Shown here piece by piece: positions 7,210 to 15,788 of a DNA stretch of 32,000 nt. The notes under the pieces are model-generated. The model had not been told where the DNA came from, did not search any database, and worked only from the letters and a program-made list of their open reading frames with translations. The DNA is taken from positions 94,491 through 126,490 of the forward strand of contig CAMJWT010000002.1 in the NCBI GenBank assembly GCA_946409545.1, in the 5' to 3' direction. Source of the DNA: an uncultured Clostridia bacterium (GTDB lineage Bacteria > Bacillota_I > Bacilli_A > RF39 > UBA660). Made by a program: the position numbers and the translations under genes. The first letter of the stretch is position 1. Each line of letters starts with the position of its first letter.

Positions 7210-9372
7210 ATGATGGATGAATTTAACATTATTAAACGCAAGAAAAAGAAAAATGCGTTTGCATCAACAGCGCTATTAGCAAGTATAGGAATTGCTGTCT
7301 TAGCTATATTGTTAATAGTACTTGTGATGGGAAGAAGTAGAACAACAAAAACTAGTACCGTTCAAACATATAGTGGTAATGGTTCTGATACTACTTGTGC
7401 TAATGCTTCTAAAGAAGAAAAGTTTACAAACAATCTTCGTACAATTAAAGAAGCAGCAGTAAGTTATTTCACAGTTGAAAGAATGCCAAAGAATGTTGGT
7501 GATTCAATTAAACTTACATTAAAAGAAATGCAAAAGAAAAAATTAGTATTAGATATCTATGATAGTACTGGTAAAAAATGTAGTACAGAAAATTCATACG
7601 TAGAAGTTACTAAAGAAGAAGACGAATACGTAATGAAGATTCACTTATCATGTGATGATATGGAAGACTACATTGTTATTCATATTGGATGCTATGATTT
7701 CTGTGATGGAAAAATTTGTGAAGACAAAGTAAGATATGAATACGAATACAAGAAAGAAGTTTCATGTACAATGTCTGATTGGTCTGATTGGGGCGAATGG
7801 AAGACAAAACGTGAAGCTACAAACAGCAATAAGAAAGAAGAAACTAAGACAGAAACTAAGACTCAAGAAGTTGTAGAAACAAAGGATGCTACACCAAGCC
7901 CAACAACATATAACTGTGATAAATATCCTGGTTATAAGTTAGAAGGTAAAGAATGTGTTAAGAGAACAACTATTGTTGATACTAAACCAGCAACACCAAG
8001 TGAATACTCTTATACATGTGAAGATTATCCTGGTTATACATTAGTTGGTAAAGTATGTGAAAAGAAGATCGTAACAGAAACTCGTTATGATGCAACACCA
8101 AACCCAACAACATATAATTGTGATAAATATCCTGGATACACACTAAGTGGTAAAAAATGTGTTAAGACTGTTACAACAACAGATACAATTGATGCTACAA
8201 AAGTTTATAGTTGTCCAAGTGGATATACATTAAAAGGTACAAAATGTACAAAAACAGTTACAACAACAGATACAATTGATGCTTCATTATCTTATAAATG
8301 TCCAAGTGGATATACATTAAGTGGAACAAAATGTAAGAAGACTACAACAGATACAATTGACGCTACAGTGTCTTACTCATGTCCAAGTGGATATACACTA
8401 AGTGGAACAAAATGTAAGAAGACAACAACATCAAGTGTTGACGCTACTCCAACATATGGAAGTAGACAAGTATCATATACATGTTATAAACAAGAATGTA
8501 CTACAGAAACAGTATTCTCTTGTGATAACACTGGTTGTGGAAATAAACCAGTAACAAGTTGTAAGAATGTTCCAAAAACATGTTATAAAACTGAACAATA
8601 TGTTACAGGATATACATGTCCAAGTGGATATACATTAAGTGGAACAAAATGTAATAAATCAACTACAAGTTCAATTGATGCAACTAAGAATTATAGTTGT
8701 CCAAGTGGATATACATTAGATGGTACAAAATGTAAAAAATCAACAACAAGTTCAATTGATGCAACAAAAGTATATAGTTGCCCAAGTGGATATACATTAG
8801 ATGGAACAAAGTGTAAGAAAACAACTTCTTATACAGAAACTATTGATGCTTCATTTAAATATAGTTGTCCAAATGGATACACATTAAGTGGATCTAAATG
8901 TTCTAAGACAACTACTACAACATATACTGAAGATGCAACAGCTAATCCAACAACATATAACTGTGATAAATATCCTGGATCAAGACTTGAAGGTAAAAAA
9001 TGTGTAGTTACAACAACTACTATTGATCGTAAAGATGCTAAGAAAGTACCAGGTGGATATGTTTGTCCAGATGGATATGTAAAAGAAGGATTAACTTGTA
9101 AAAAGACAACAACAACAGTTGATAGAAAACCTGCAGATCATGGAACAATTACTTATAGTTGTCCAGAAGGATATACATTAATTGGTAAAAAATGTACTAG
9201 AAAAGTAATGAAAGAAGTTAAAGTAACATATTATCGTTATGCTACTAGAACTTGTGATGGCGGAGAAGTATTAATTGAATGGAGTACTGATAATCATGAC
9301 GAATCATTATTAAATGATGGTTATAAATTAACAGGAAACAAGAGAGCCATTAATGAAGAATCAGGAAAATAA
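7210..9372 (+). CDS. Membrane-anchored, Thr/Cys-rich repeat protein with 13 two-cysteine hairpin units (Y-x-C-x2-4-G-Y-x-L-x-G-x-x-C)
   Basis: The track start 7183 lies directly after the -10 box. The GGGGGA SD at 7195-7200 favours ATG 7210 or 7213 (MMDEFNIIKRKKKK). A TM helix (ALLASIGIAVLAILLIVLVMG) is followed by 13 units such as YSCPSGYTLSGTKCKKTTT and YNCDKYPGYTLSGKKCVKT, separated by T-rich spacers ending in IDAT. Confidence 0.8.
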   Translation: MMDEFNIIKRKKKKNAFASTALLASIGIAVLAILLIVLVMGRSRTTKTSTVQTYSGNGSDTTCANASKEEKFTNNLRTIKEAAVSYFTVERMPKNVGDSIKLTLKEMQKKKLVLDIYDSTGKKCSTENSYVEVTKEEDEYVMKIHLSCDDMEDYIVIHIGCYDFCDGKICEDKVRYEYEYKKEVSCTMSDWSDWGEWKTKREATNSNKKEETKTETKTQEVVETKDATPSPTTYNCDKYPGYKLEGKECVKRTTIVDTKPATPSEYSYTCEDYPGYTLVGKVCEKKIVTETRYDATPNPTTYNCDKYPGYTLSGKKCVKTVTTTDTIDATKVYSCPSGYTLKGTKCTKTVTTTDTIDASLSYKCPSGYTLSGTKCKKTTTDTIDATVSYSCPSGYTLSGTKCKKTTTSSVDATPTYGSRQVSYTCYKQECTTETVFSCDNTGCGNKPVTSCKNVPKTCYKTEQYVTGYTCPSGYTLSGTKCNKSTTSSIDATKNYSCPSGYTLDGTKCKKSTTSSIDATKVYSCPSGYTLDGTKCKKTTSYTETIDASFKYSCPNGYTLSGSKCSKTTTTTYTEDATANPTTYNCDKYPGSRLEGKKCVVTTTTIDRKDAKKVPGGYVCPDGYVKEGLTCKKTTTTVDRKPADHGTITYSCPEGYTLIGKKCTRKVMKEVKVTYYRYATRTCDGGEVLIEWSTDNHDESLLNDGYKLTGNKRAINEESGK
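7909..9205 (+). repeat. Coding tandem-repeat array (13 Cys-hairpin units of about 26-33 aa)
   Basis: The DNA block tgtccaagtggatatacattaagtggaacaaaatgtaagaag recurs with minor variants near 8212, 8299, 8380, 8618, 8698, 8777 and 8866. A second variant, tgtgataaatatcctgg..., occurs near 7916, 8019, 8119 and 8962. Confidence 0.85.
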
Positions 9373-9387
9373 TTAGGGGGAATAAAA

Positions 9388-10383
9388 ATGAAAAATTTAA
9401 CTATTAAAGAAATAACTAAAAAAGGTATGGCTATTGCTTTAGCAGTAGTAATGGAATTAACAGGAGCAGCATTAAATACAAAAGGTGCTTCTGCTGAAAC
9501 TTATACTTATGGTGGTCATACACTTGTTCAACAAGAAGTAGAAGCAAATCCAATGACAATTGAAGAATATGCTCTTGAATGTGATGAAGATGCTGCATAT
9601 TTAGGTGGTGTTGCTGAAAAGAATGCTAAAAATGCTGATCCAGATGGTGGTTTTATTCCATATGATCACTTATATTCAGATAATCAATGTTTAGAATTCT
9701 TAATTAACATTACTTTAATTCCACAAGAAGTTAAAGATGAATTAGTTGCAAAAGGAATTGTATTTAAAGTTGATTTTGAAACATATCAAGGTATGGAATT
9801 ATTTGGATATGCATATAACTTAATTAACTTAATTAGTAAATATAATCAAGCTGCAATTAAAGAAGGTCATTCACGTGAATTAATTGATGCATCAAAACTT
9901 TGCTATGACGAGCATGATGCAAGCTTATTAAAAACAATTCATGATACATACTTTAATGCTTATGTAACAGGTATGGAAGGTGAAAAAGGAACATTAATTT
10001 TAAATGAACATTATAATAATTTATTCCAAATGTTATTAGATTTAAATTATGGTGTTGAAAATGGTAACCTTCGTGGAGCTACAGTTGGTGGAAGATGGTT
10101 TGGATTAAATATCTATGGTAATGGAATTAGACAATTAATTTATGATTACATTCAATCTCATTACACACCAAATGAAATATATCAATACTTTGTTCAAGAA
10201 AAATGGAACGCAGGTCAAATGGTAGTAAGACCAGACCTTGTATTAGATACTAATTGCTTAAAGAACGAACTTGAAGTATTAGCATTCCAAGTTGGACAAA
10301 TCGATGTATGGATTTACGATACAATTAATAACGATATCTTTAAAGAAGTAGAAAACTTCGGAAGAGGATGCGCTACAAAATAA
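9388..10383 (+). CDS. Secreted protein of unknown function, co-transcribed with the repeat protein
   Basis: GGGGGA SD 7 nt upstream. Signal-peptide-like N-terminus (KKGMAIALAVVMELTGAALNTKGASA). I recognise no family motif. Codon usage looks like that of a highly expressed gene. Confidence 0.7.
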   Translation: MKNLTIKEITKKGMAIALAVVMELTGAALNTKGASAETYTYGGHTLVQQEVEANPMTIEEYALECDEDAAYLGGVAEKNAKNADPDGGFIPYDHLYSDNQCLEFLINITLIPQEVKDELVAKGIVFKVDFETYQGMELFGYAYNLINLISKYNQAAIKEGHSRELIDASKLCYDEHDASLLKTIHDTYFNAYVTGMEGEKGTLILNEHYNNLFQMLLDLNYGVENGNLRGATVGGRWFGLNIYGNGIRQLIYDYIQSHYTPNEIYQYFVQEKWNAGQMVVRPDLVLDTNCLKNELEVLAFQVGQIDVWIYDTINNDIFKEVENFGRGCATK

Positions 10384-10392
10384 TAAAAAAGG

Positions 10393-10416
10393 CTCGAGTT
10401 TAACTCGAGTTTTTTA
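10393..10416 (+). terminator. Intrinsic terminator
   Basis: CTCGAGT-tta-ACTCGAG hairpin followed by T6. Confidence 0.8.
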
Positions 10417-10446
10417 TTGACTAAATATTATTATTTGTGCTAAAAT
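10417..10446 (+). promoter_or_regulatory. typA promoter (TTGACT - 18 nt - TGcTAAAAT)
   Basis: TTGACT at 10417-10422 and TAAAAT at 10441-10446, with a TG extension at 10438-10439. Confidence 0.55.
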
Positions 10447-10476
10447 ACCTAGGTACAAAAAAAGGGAAGTGTAATT

Positions 10477-12291
10477 ATGGAAAATATAAGAAATATTGCT
10501 ATTATTGCCCATGTCGATCACGGTAAAACAACACTTGTTGATAAAATGTTACAAATGAGTGGAACATTCCGTGATAATGAAGAAGTAGGTAGTATGGACT
10601 CTAATGCGATAGAACATGAAAGAGGAATTACTATCTTAGCTAAACCAACAGCGATTAATTATAAAGGATATCGTATTAATATACTTGATACTCCAGGACA
10701 CGCTGATTTTGGTGGTGAAGTAGAACGTATTATGAATATGGTAGATGGAGTACTACTTGTTGTTGATGCATATGAAGGAACAATGCCTCAAACAAGATTT
10801 GTTTTAAAGAAAGCACTAGCAGCAGGAGTAACGCCAATAGTAGTAGTTAATAAAATAGATAAACCAAGTGCTAGACCATCTCAAGTAGTAGATGAAGTTA
10901 TGGATTTATTTATTGAATTAGGTGCTGATATTGAACAATTAGATTTTCCAGTAATATATTCTAGTGCAATTAATGGAACTAGTAGTTTATCACCAGATAT
11001 TAGTACGCAAGAACCTACAATGGATTATATCTTAGATTCCATTATTGAGAATATCCCAGCTCCTAAAGTTAGTGAAGGATCATTCCAATTTCAACCAGCA
11101 CTACTTGATTATAATGATTATGTAGGAAGAATTGGTATTGGTGTTATTAAACGTGGTAGTGTTAAAGTAGGACAAATGGTATCTTGTGTAAGACTTGATG
11201 GTTCTATTAAACAATTTAGATTACAAAAGATGTTTGGATATCTTGGACTTAAACATATTGAACTAGAAGAAGCTCATCAAGGTGATATTGTAGCTATCGC
11301 AGGATTATCTGATATTAACGTTGGTGAAACTCTTTGTGAAGTAGGAAAAGAAGAAGCACTACCTCATCTTAGAATTGATGAACCAACTCTACAAATGACC
11401 TTTGGTGTTAATACAAGTCCATTCGCAGGTCGTGAAGGTAAATTATTAACTGTAAGAAAAATAGAAGAACGTTTATATAAAGAAACAGAACGTGATGTAT
11501 CTTTAAAAGTAGAACCATTTGATCAAGAAAGTTTTGTTGTATCAGGGCGTGGTGAATTACATTTGTCTATTTTAATAGAGAATATGCGAAGAGAAGGATT
11601 TGAACTTCAAGTATCAAAACCAACTGTTATTGTTAAAGAAATAGATGGTGTTAAATGTGAACCATATGAAGAATTACAAATGGATGTTCCACAAGACAGT
11701 GTTGGTGGTGTTATTGAAGCCCTTGGTTCTCGTGAAGCCGAAATGGTTAGTATGAATAATCATATTGATCAAACAAGATTAAGTTATGTAATACCTTCTC
11801 GTGGTTTAATTGGATTTATGACTGAATTCATGACATTAACAAAAGGTTATGGAATTATGAACCATGCATTCCTTGAATATCGTAAGATGGCAGGAGATAC
11901 AGTTGGAGAAAGAAAAGTTGGTGTACTTGTATCAATGGAAAATGGTAAGTCAACAGCATATGCCTTAGGACAACTTGAAGAACGTGGTACAATGTTTATT
12001 GAACCAGGTGAAGATGTATATGAAGGTATGATTGTTGGTGAACATAATCATGAAAATGACTTAGCAGTTAATGTTGTTAAAGGAAAACAATTAACAAATA
12101 CTCGTGCAGCTGGTTCTGATCATACAGTTGTTTTAAAAAGACCAAGATATATGAGTCTAGAAGTATGTCTTGAATATATCAATAATGATGAACTAGTTGA
12201 AGTTACACCACATAGTTTTAGATTAAGAAAGAAAATCTTAAATGCCGATGAAAGAAAAAGAATCGCTGCAAGACAAGGTAAAATAATATAA
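10477..12291 (+). CDS. typA: Translational GTPase TypA/BipA
   Basis: G1 [16 protein letters not shown]3 [15 protein letters not shown]4 NKIDK. Overall collinearity with the BipA family, including the C-terminal [13 protein letters not shown]. Confidence 0.95.
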   Translation: MENIRNIAIIAHVDHGKTTLVDKMLQMSGTFRDNEEVGSMDSNAIEHERGITILAKPTAINYKGYRINILDTPGHADFGGEVERIMNMVDGVLLVVDAYEGTMPQTRFVLKKALAAGVTPIVVVNKIDKPSARPSQVVDEVMDLFIELGADIEQLDFPVIYSSAINGTSSLSPDISTQEPTMDYILDSIIENIPAPKVSEGSFQFQPALLDYNDYVGRIGIGVIKRGSVKVGQMVSCVRLDGSIKQFRLQKMFGYLGLKHIELEEAHQGDIVAIAGLSDINVGETLCEVGKEEALPHLRIDEPTLQMTFGVNTSPFAGREGKLLTVRKIEERLYKETERDVSLKVEPFDQESFVVSGRGELHLSILIENMRREGFELQVSKPTVIVKEIDGVKCEPYEELQMDVPQDSVGGVIEALGSREAEMVSMNNHIDQTRLSYVIPSRGLIGFMTEFMTLTKGYGIMNHAFLEYRKMAGDTVGERKVGVLVSMENGKSTAYALGQLEERGTMFIEPGEDVYEGMIVGEHNHENDLAVNVVKGKQLTNTRAAGSDHTVVLKRPRYMSLEVCLEYINNDELVEVTPHSFRLRKKILNADERKRIAARQGKII

Positions 12292-12292
12292 T

Positions 12293-12322
12293 AAATATCC
12301 ACTTTATTGTGGATATTTTTTT
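12293..12322 (+). terminator. Intrinsic terminator
   Basis: AAATATCCAC-tttatt-GTGGATATTT hairpin followed by a T-run. Confidence 0.8.
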
Positions 12323-12358
12323 ATGTCTTTATGATATACTTATAAAGTAGGAGTATAT

Positions 12359-12613
12359 ATGAAAAGGTTATTAATAGGAACTAGTATTTTTCTTTTTATA
12401 GTAATTGTTTCTTTATCTTTTGTTTTATATCGAAGATATCAAGATAATAAAATAATTAATCAAGAAATAAAAGAAGATCGAGAAGAGAAAAATAAAAAAA
12501 GAGAAGAAAAACAAAGAGAATTAGATAATCTTATTGAACAAAATAAAGATAAAATTGAAAGGTATCAAAAAATAGAGAAATGGAACGAAGAAATTACCTC
12601 TTACTTAGAATAA
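12359..12613 (+). CDS. Small membrane-anchored coiled-coil protein, unknown function
   Basis: AGGAG SD. One TM helix (LLIGTSIFLFIVIVSLSFVLY) followed by a charged K/E-rich helix. Confidence 0.55.
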   Translation: MKRLLIGTSIFLFIVIVSLSFVLYRRYQDNKIINQEIKEDREEKNKKREEKQRELDNLIEQNKDKIERYQKIEKWNEEITSYLE

Positions 12614-13419
12614 TTGTTTCTATTGAATTATCTATCCTTTTCTATATTATATTGTTTATATCTAAAACTCCTATAAAAAAATTAGATATTCAAGAAGAAA
12701 ATTATAAAGATATTGAAGAAAAAATAAATTTCTATAAAGATATTGATAATCAAATCAATTTAAAATATGAAGAATATACAGATAATATTGCAAAGTTAGA
12801 ACAAAAAGTTAAGAATAAAGAAACTAAAGTTAAAATCGCTTATTTAACTTTTGATGATGGACCATATGATTTAACTGATAAGTTTCTTGATGTTTTAAAA
12901 AAGAATGATGTTCGAGCAACATTTTTTACATTAGGAAAAAGAGATTATATTAAAACCTATAAAAGAATTCTAAATGAAGATCATGTACTTGCAAATCATA
13001 CATATTATCATAATATATGGAAAGGATTATATAAAAGTACTAATAACTTTATATCACAAGTAAAGCAATTAGAAAAATTGATATATGATAATACAGGTTA
13101 TAAAACAACCTTAGTAAGATTCCCTGGTGGAGTAAATACAGCAGGAAAATTAAAAAATAGTATTATTAACGAGTTACATAAAAATGGATATAAATATGTT
13201 GAATGGACATGTATAACAGGTGATGGTTCTGATGAACAATTAAGACAACATGACACCTGGTATTGGTATAATAAAACCTGCAAAGGGGATATTATGGTAA
13301 TATTGATGCATGATTATAATTATTCAACGTATACAATTCTTGATAAAGTAATAAAAGATTTAAGAAGTAAAGGATATATTCTTTTACCGTTAACAAATAA
13401 GAGTATGATGGCTAAATAA
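12580..13419 (+). CDS. Polysaccharide deacetylase (NodB homology domain) with N-terminal TM anchor
   Basis: NodB motifs IAYLTFDDGP, ANHTYYH and LVRFPGG. The start is uncertain: ATG 12580 overlaps the upstream ORF by 34 nt and has a weak SD. Confidence 0.8.
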   Translation: MERRNYLLLRIIVSIELSILFYIILFISKTPIKKLDIQEENYKDIEEKINFYKDIDNQINLKYEEYTDNIAKLEQKVKNKETKVKIAYLTFDDGPYDLTDKFLDVLKKNDVRATFFTLGKRDYIKTYKRILNEDHVLANHTYYHNIWKGLYKSTNNFISQVKQLEKLIYDNTGYKTTLVRFPGGVNTAGKLKNSIINELHKNGYKYVEWTCITGDGSDEQLRQHDTWYWYNKTCKGDIMVILMHDYNYSTYTILDKVIKDLRSKGYILLPLTNKSMMAK

Positions 13420-13446
13420 AAGATCTACAAAAAGTAGATCTTTTTT
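13417..13446. terminator. Bidirectional terminator between convergent genes
   Basis: AAAGATCTAC-aaaaa-GTAGATCTTT hairpin with an A-run on one side and a T-run on the other. Confidence 0.8.
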
Positions 13447-14413
13447 AATTCCATTTTTTTACAATATAACGACATAATGTTTTAGGATTATTTGATGTAT
13501 ATTTTGATATTGGGCAATAATCTTGTTCAGGAACGGGATTAATGTATACATCGCATCCTTCTTGTATCTCAAATATGTTTTGTTCATCTATTTCACTTGC
13601 AATTGGAATATTAGTCCCATATATACCATTTTGTCTTAAGAATACTAACCAAGCTCGATTATTTTCTGGATGCATACAATACCATCTTGTATCATCTTTT
13701 ATACCAAGTGATGGATAAATAACAGGACAACTAATATGGTCTTTAGGAAATTGTTTATAAATATTGTCTAATTGAAGATGAACATTTTTTATTTCTTCTT
13801 CTGTTAAATGTTGATGTGTTGGAAGACACCCTTTTTCAACAGATCCAATATGGAAACTAAAATCTTGAATATCCATTTGTGAAAAATATTTAACAATAGA
13901 ATATGCTTCTAGATAATTACATGACCATAATGTTGGTTGTATTTTTATTTTGTAACCAGAATCTTGTGCCCATTTAATACCATCGATAGCTTTATCAAAA
14001 GGATAGTTAACGCCTTTCAGTAAATTCATTTTCATTTTATCAACGGAATCAATACTAAATGATACATAATCAACATTTTCTGGTTTAATATCTTTAAGTA
14101 GAGTCTTTAATGTTTTAATACCACCAATACCACTTGTTGAATAGCAAACATTACTACCATTTTCAATAGCTTTTAGAGATAATTTATTACAATATTTAGT
14201 ATCAACTGCGGGATCAGGGTTTCCTAAAATATAAGTTTGTTTAAGGTTAGGGAAGATTCTAAATAACTCATCTATTTGTTCATTAGTACCTTGGTATGTT
14301 GACATACTTCCTTTTTGTGAACATATAGGACATTTGCATAGACAAGACTCACTACCTTTTTCACCGGTATAGACAGTTATACTATTTATTTCATTTGTTT
14401 TAAATAAACCCAT
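13445..14413 (-). CDS. Radical SAM enzyme of unassigned subfamily
   Basis: CxxxCxxC cluster CLCKCPIC (nt 14321-14344). A GNPDP element sits where the GGEP SAM-binding motif is expected. There are additional C-terminal cysteines. The track start is TTG 14431, but the GGGGGA SD (14423-14418) favours ATG 14413, and ATG 14425 is also possible. Confidence 0.7.
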   Translation of the reverse strand: MGLFKTNEINSITVYTGEKGSESCLCKCPICSQKGSMSTYQGTNEQIDELFRIFPNLKQTYILGNPDPAVDTKYCNKLSLKAIENGSNVCYSTSGIGGIKTLKTLLKDIKPENVDYVSFSIDSVDKMKMNLLKGVNYPFDKAIDGIKWAQDSGYKIKIQPTLWSCNYLEAYSIVKYFSQMDIQDFSFHIGSVEKGCLPTHQHLTEEEIKNVHLQLDNIYKQFPKDHISCPVIYPSLGIKDDTRWYCMHPENNRAWLVFLRQNGIYGTNIPIASEIDEQNIFEIQEGCDVYINPVPEQDYCPISKYTSNNPKTLCRYIVKKWN

Positions 14414-14436
14414 AACATCCCCCATAAACAAGGCAT

Positions 14437-14465
14437 ATTATATCATTTATATATATAATTAACAA
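14437..14465 (-). promoter_or_regulatory. Promoter for the radical SAM gene (TTGTTA - 17 nt - TATAAT on the - strand)
   Basis: The - strand reads TTGTTA (14465-14460), a 17-nt spacer, then TATAAT (14442-14437). This sits directly after the HTH gene stop. Confidence 0.55.
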
Positions 14466-14480
14466 TACATTATTTTACAT

Positions 14481-14978
14481 TTAATAATCAAATAGTTTAC
14501 ATTTATATTCACTTAATAAATCATTGATTGAAATAATATCATATATTTTGTTAATAAAACAAAATCTTATTATTAAATCATAGTAGTTATTCTTAGGAAG
14601 AGAATATGATGCACTTCTAAGTAAACTATCTATTTCATCCTCATTTAGTTCAAGTGATAATCCTAAAAGAATAACGGTTTCTTTACTTGGATGATAGTTT
14701 TTATCACTTCTTATTTTTGAAAATAAACGTCTATCAATATGAACTTTATTATATACATCACTATCAATAAGATTTCTTTCATCAATATATTTAAATAACA
14801 ATGTTTGAAAATCATTTAAATCTTTATTTTCATTTATATAATTATCGATATTAGGAGCTGCTGATTCACACATCATATCTTCATTAAATGAAGCTTTACT
14901 TCTTAATGAAAAATTACCAAATAATCTTTTTTCAACTTCTAAATTTTCTTTTATATATTTTCTTAATTCATCTTTCAT
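14481..14978 (-). CDS. Putative DNA-binding protein with C-terminal XRE-like helix-turn-helix module
   Basis: The segment DSDVYNKVHIDRRLFSKIRSDKNYHPSKETVILLGLSLELNEDEIDSLLRSASYSL matches a helix-turn-helix family I recognise as common in Firmicutes. The gene is divergent from the vWA gene. Confidence 0.6.
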   Translation of the reverse strand: MKDELRKYIKENLEVEKRLFGNFSLRSKASFNEDMMCESAAPNIDNYINENKDLNDFQTLLFKYIDERNLIDSDVYNKVHIDRRLFSKIRSDKNYHPSKETVILLGLSLELNEDEIDSLLRSASYSLPKNNYYDLIIRFCFINKIYDIISINDLLSEYKCKLFDY

Positions 14979-15075
14979 AATAACCTCAAACTAATTATAT
15001 CAAATGTCGCTTTAAAAGAGACCAATTAATCATTATAAAGTAATAAAATGTAGTCATGAAAGGAAGAGATGAAAA

Positions 15076-15690
15076 ATGATGAAAAAAAGAAATTTAATGC
15101 ATGTTGTATTCCTACTTGATAGAAGTGGAAGTATGTCAGGATCTGAATCTGATACAATAGGAGGTTTTAATAGTTACATTAAAAAGAATAAAAAGAAAGA
15201 TTATTTAGTAACAACCATTCTTTTTGATGATAAGTATGAAAAACTATATACTGCAAAACATATTAGTGATGTAGCCGAATTAACTAACAAAGAATATTAT
15301 GTTAGAGGTTGTACAGCTTTATTAGATGCTCTAGGTAAAACAATTAATTTTATGGATCATGAAACTAAAGATAAAGTATTATTTGTAATAACAACTGATG
15401 GTTATGAAAATGCATCACATGAGTTTACTAAAGAAAAGATTAAAGAAATGATAAAAGGTCATAAAAACTATGAATTCATGTATATTGGAGCTGATATTGA
15501 TTCTTATAGTGAAGCAAGTAATATTGGTATTAGTCGAAGTAATGTCGCAAACTATAGAAAGAGCAAAAAAGGTATTAATAGAATGTTTGATGCTGTTAGT
15601 ATGGCATGTGAAGAATATTCATGTGGTTCATCAATAGGTTCTAAATGGAAAGAATCTCTTGATGAATATGTTTCAAATAACGAAGAATAG
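15076..15690 (+). CDS. Stand-alone cytoplasmic von Willebrand factor A (vWA) domain protein, TerY-like in size and architecture
   Basis: Intact MIDAS: VVFLLDRSGSMSG (DxSxS, nt 15118-15132), the Thr in GCTALLDA, and ITTDGYEN. No signal peptide or TM segment. Confidence 0.8.
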   Translation: MMKKRNLMHVVFLLDRSGSMSGSESDTIGGFNSYIKKNKKKDYLVTTILFDDKYEKLYTAKHISDVAELTNKEYYVRGCTALLDALGKTINFMDHETKDKVLFVITTDGYENASHEFTKEKIKEMIKGHKNYEFMYIGADIDSYSEASNIGISRSNVANYRKSKKGINRMFDAVSMACEEYSCGSSIGSKWKESLDEYVSNNEE

Positions 15691-15712
15691 ATACGTCAAC
15701 GTATCTTTTTTT
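15689..15712 (+). terminator. Intrinsic terminator isolating the vWA gene
   Basis: AGATACG-tcaa-CGTATCT hairpin followed by T7. Confidence 0.75.
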
Positions 15713-15725
15713 CATATCCATTAGA

Positions 15726-15754
15726 TTGAAATTGCAATAGTGAGATGATATATT
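15726..15754 (+). promoter_or_regulatory. Promoter of the AAA+ operon (TTGAAA - 17 nt - TATATT)
   Basis: TTGAAA at 15726-15731, a 17-nt spacer, and TATATT at 15749-15754. A second TATAAT lies just downstream. Confidence 0.5.
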
Positions 15755-15788
15755 ATAAGTATAATAGTAATAATAGGTGGTGTTTTTT

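Noticed and set aside
7210-7700. Pseudopilin/ComGC-like N-terminus for the repeat protein, seen as a TM helix followed by LRTIKEAAVSYF...
   Set aside because: The prepilin peptidase motif (G-F-T-L-x-E) before the hydrophobic helix is absent. The resemblance is only a general helix-plus-beta pattern.
7909-9205. Regularly spaced DNA repeats that could be mistaken for a CRISPR or intergenic repeat array.
   Set aside because: The repeats lie in a single long open reading frame and encode a periodic Cys-hairpin protein motif. The spacers are also conserved (T-rich ...IDAT). No cas genes are present.
12359-13419. The overlapping ORFs 12359-12613 and 12580-13419 as a frameshifted single gene or programmed frameshift.
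   Set aside because: Each ORF has its own N-terminal TM helix and coiled-coil segment, so a fusion would give an implausible double-anchor topology. There is no slippery heptamer at the overlap. Two genes with a short overlap is the simpler reading, although the deacetylase start is uncertain.
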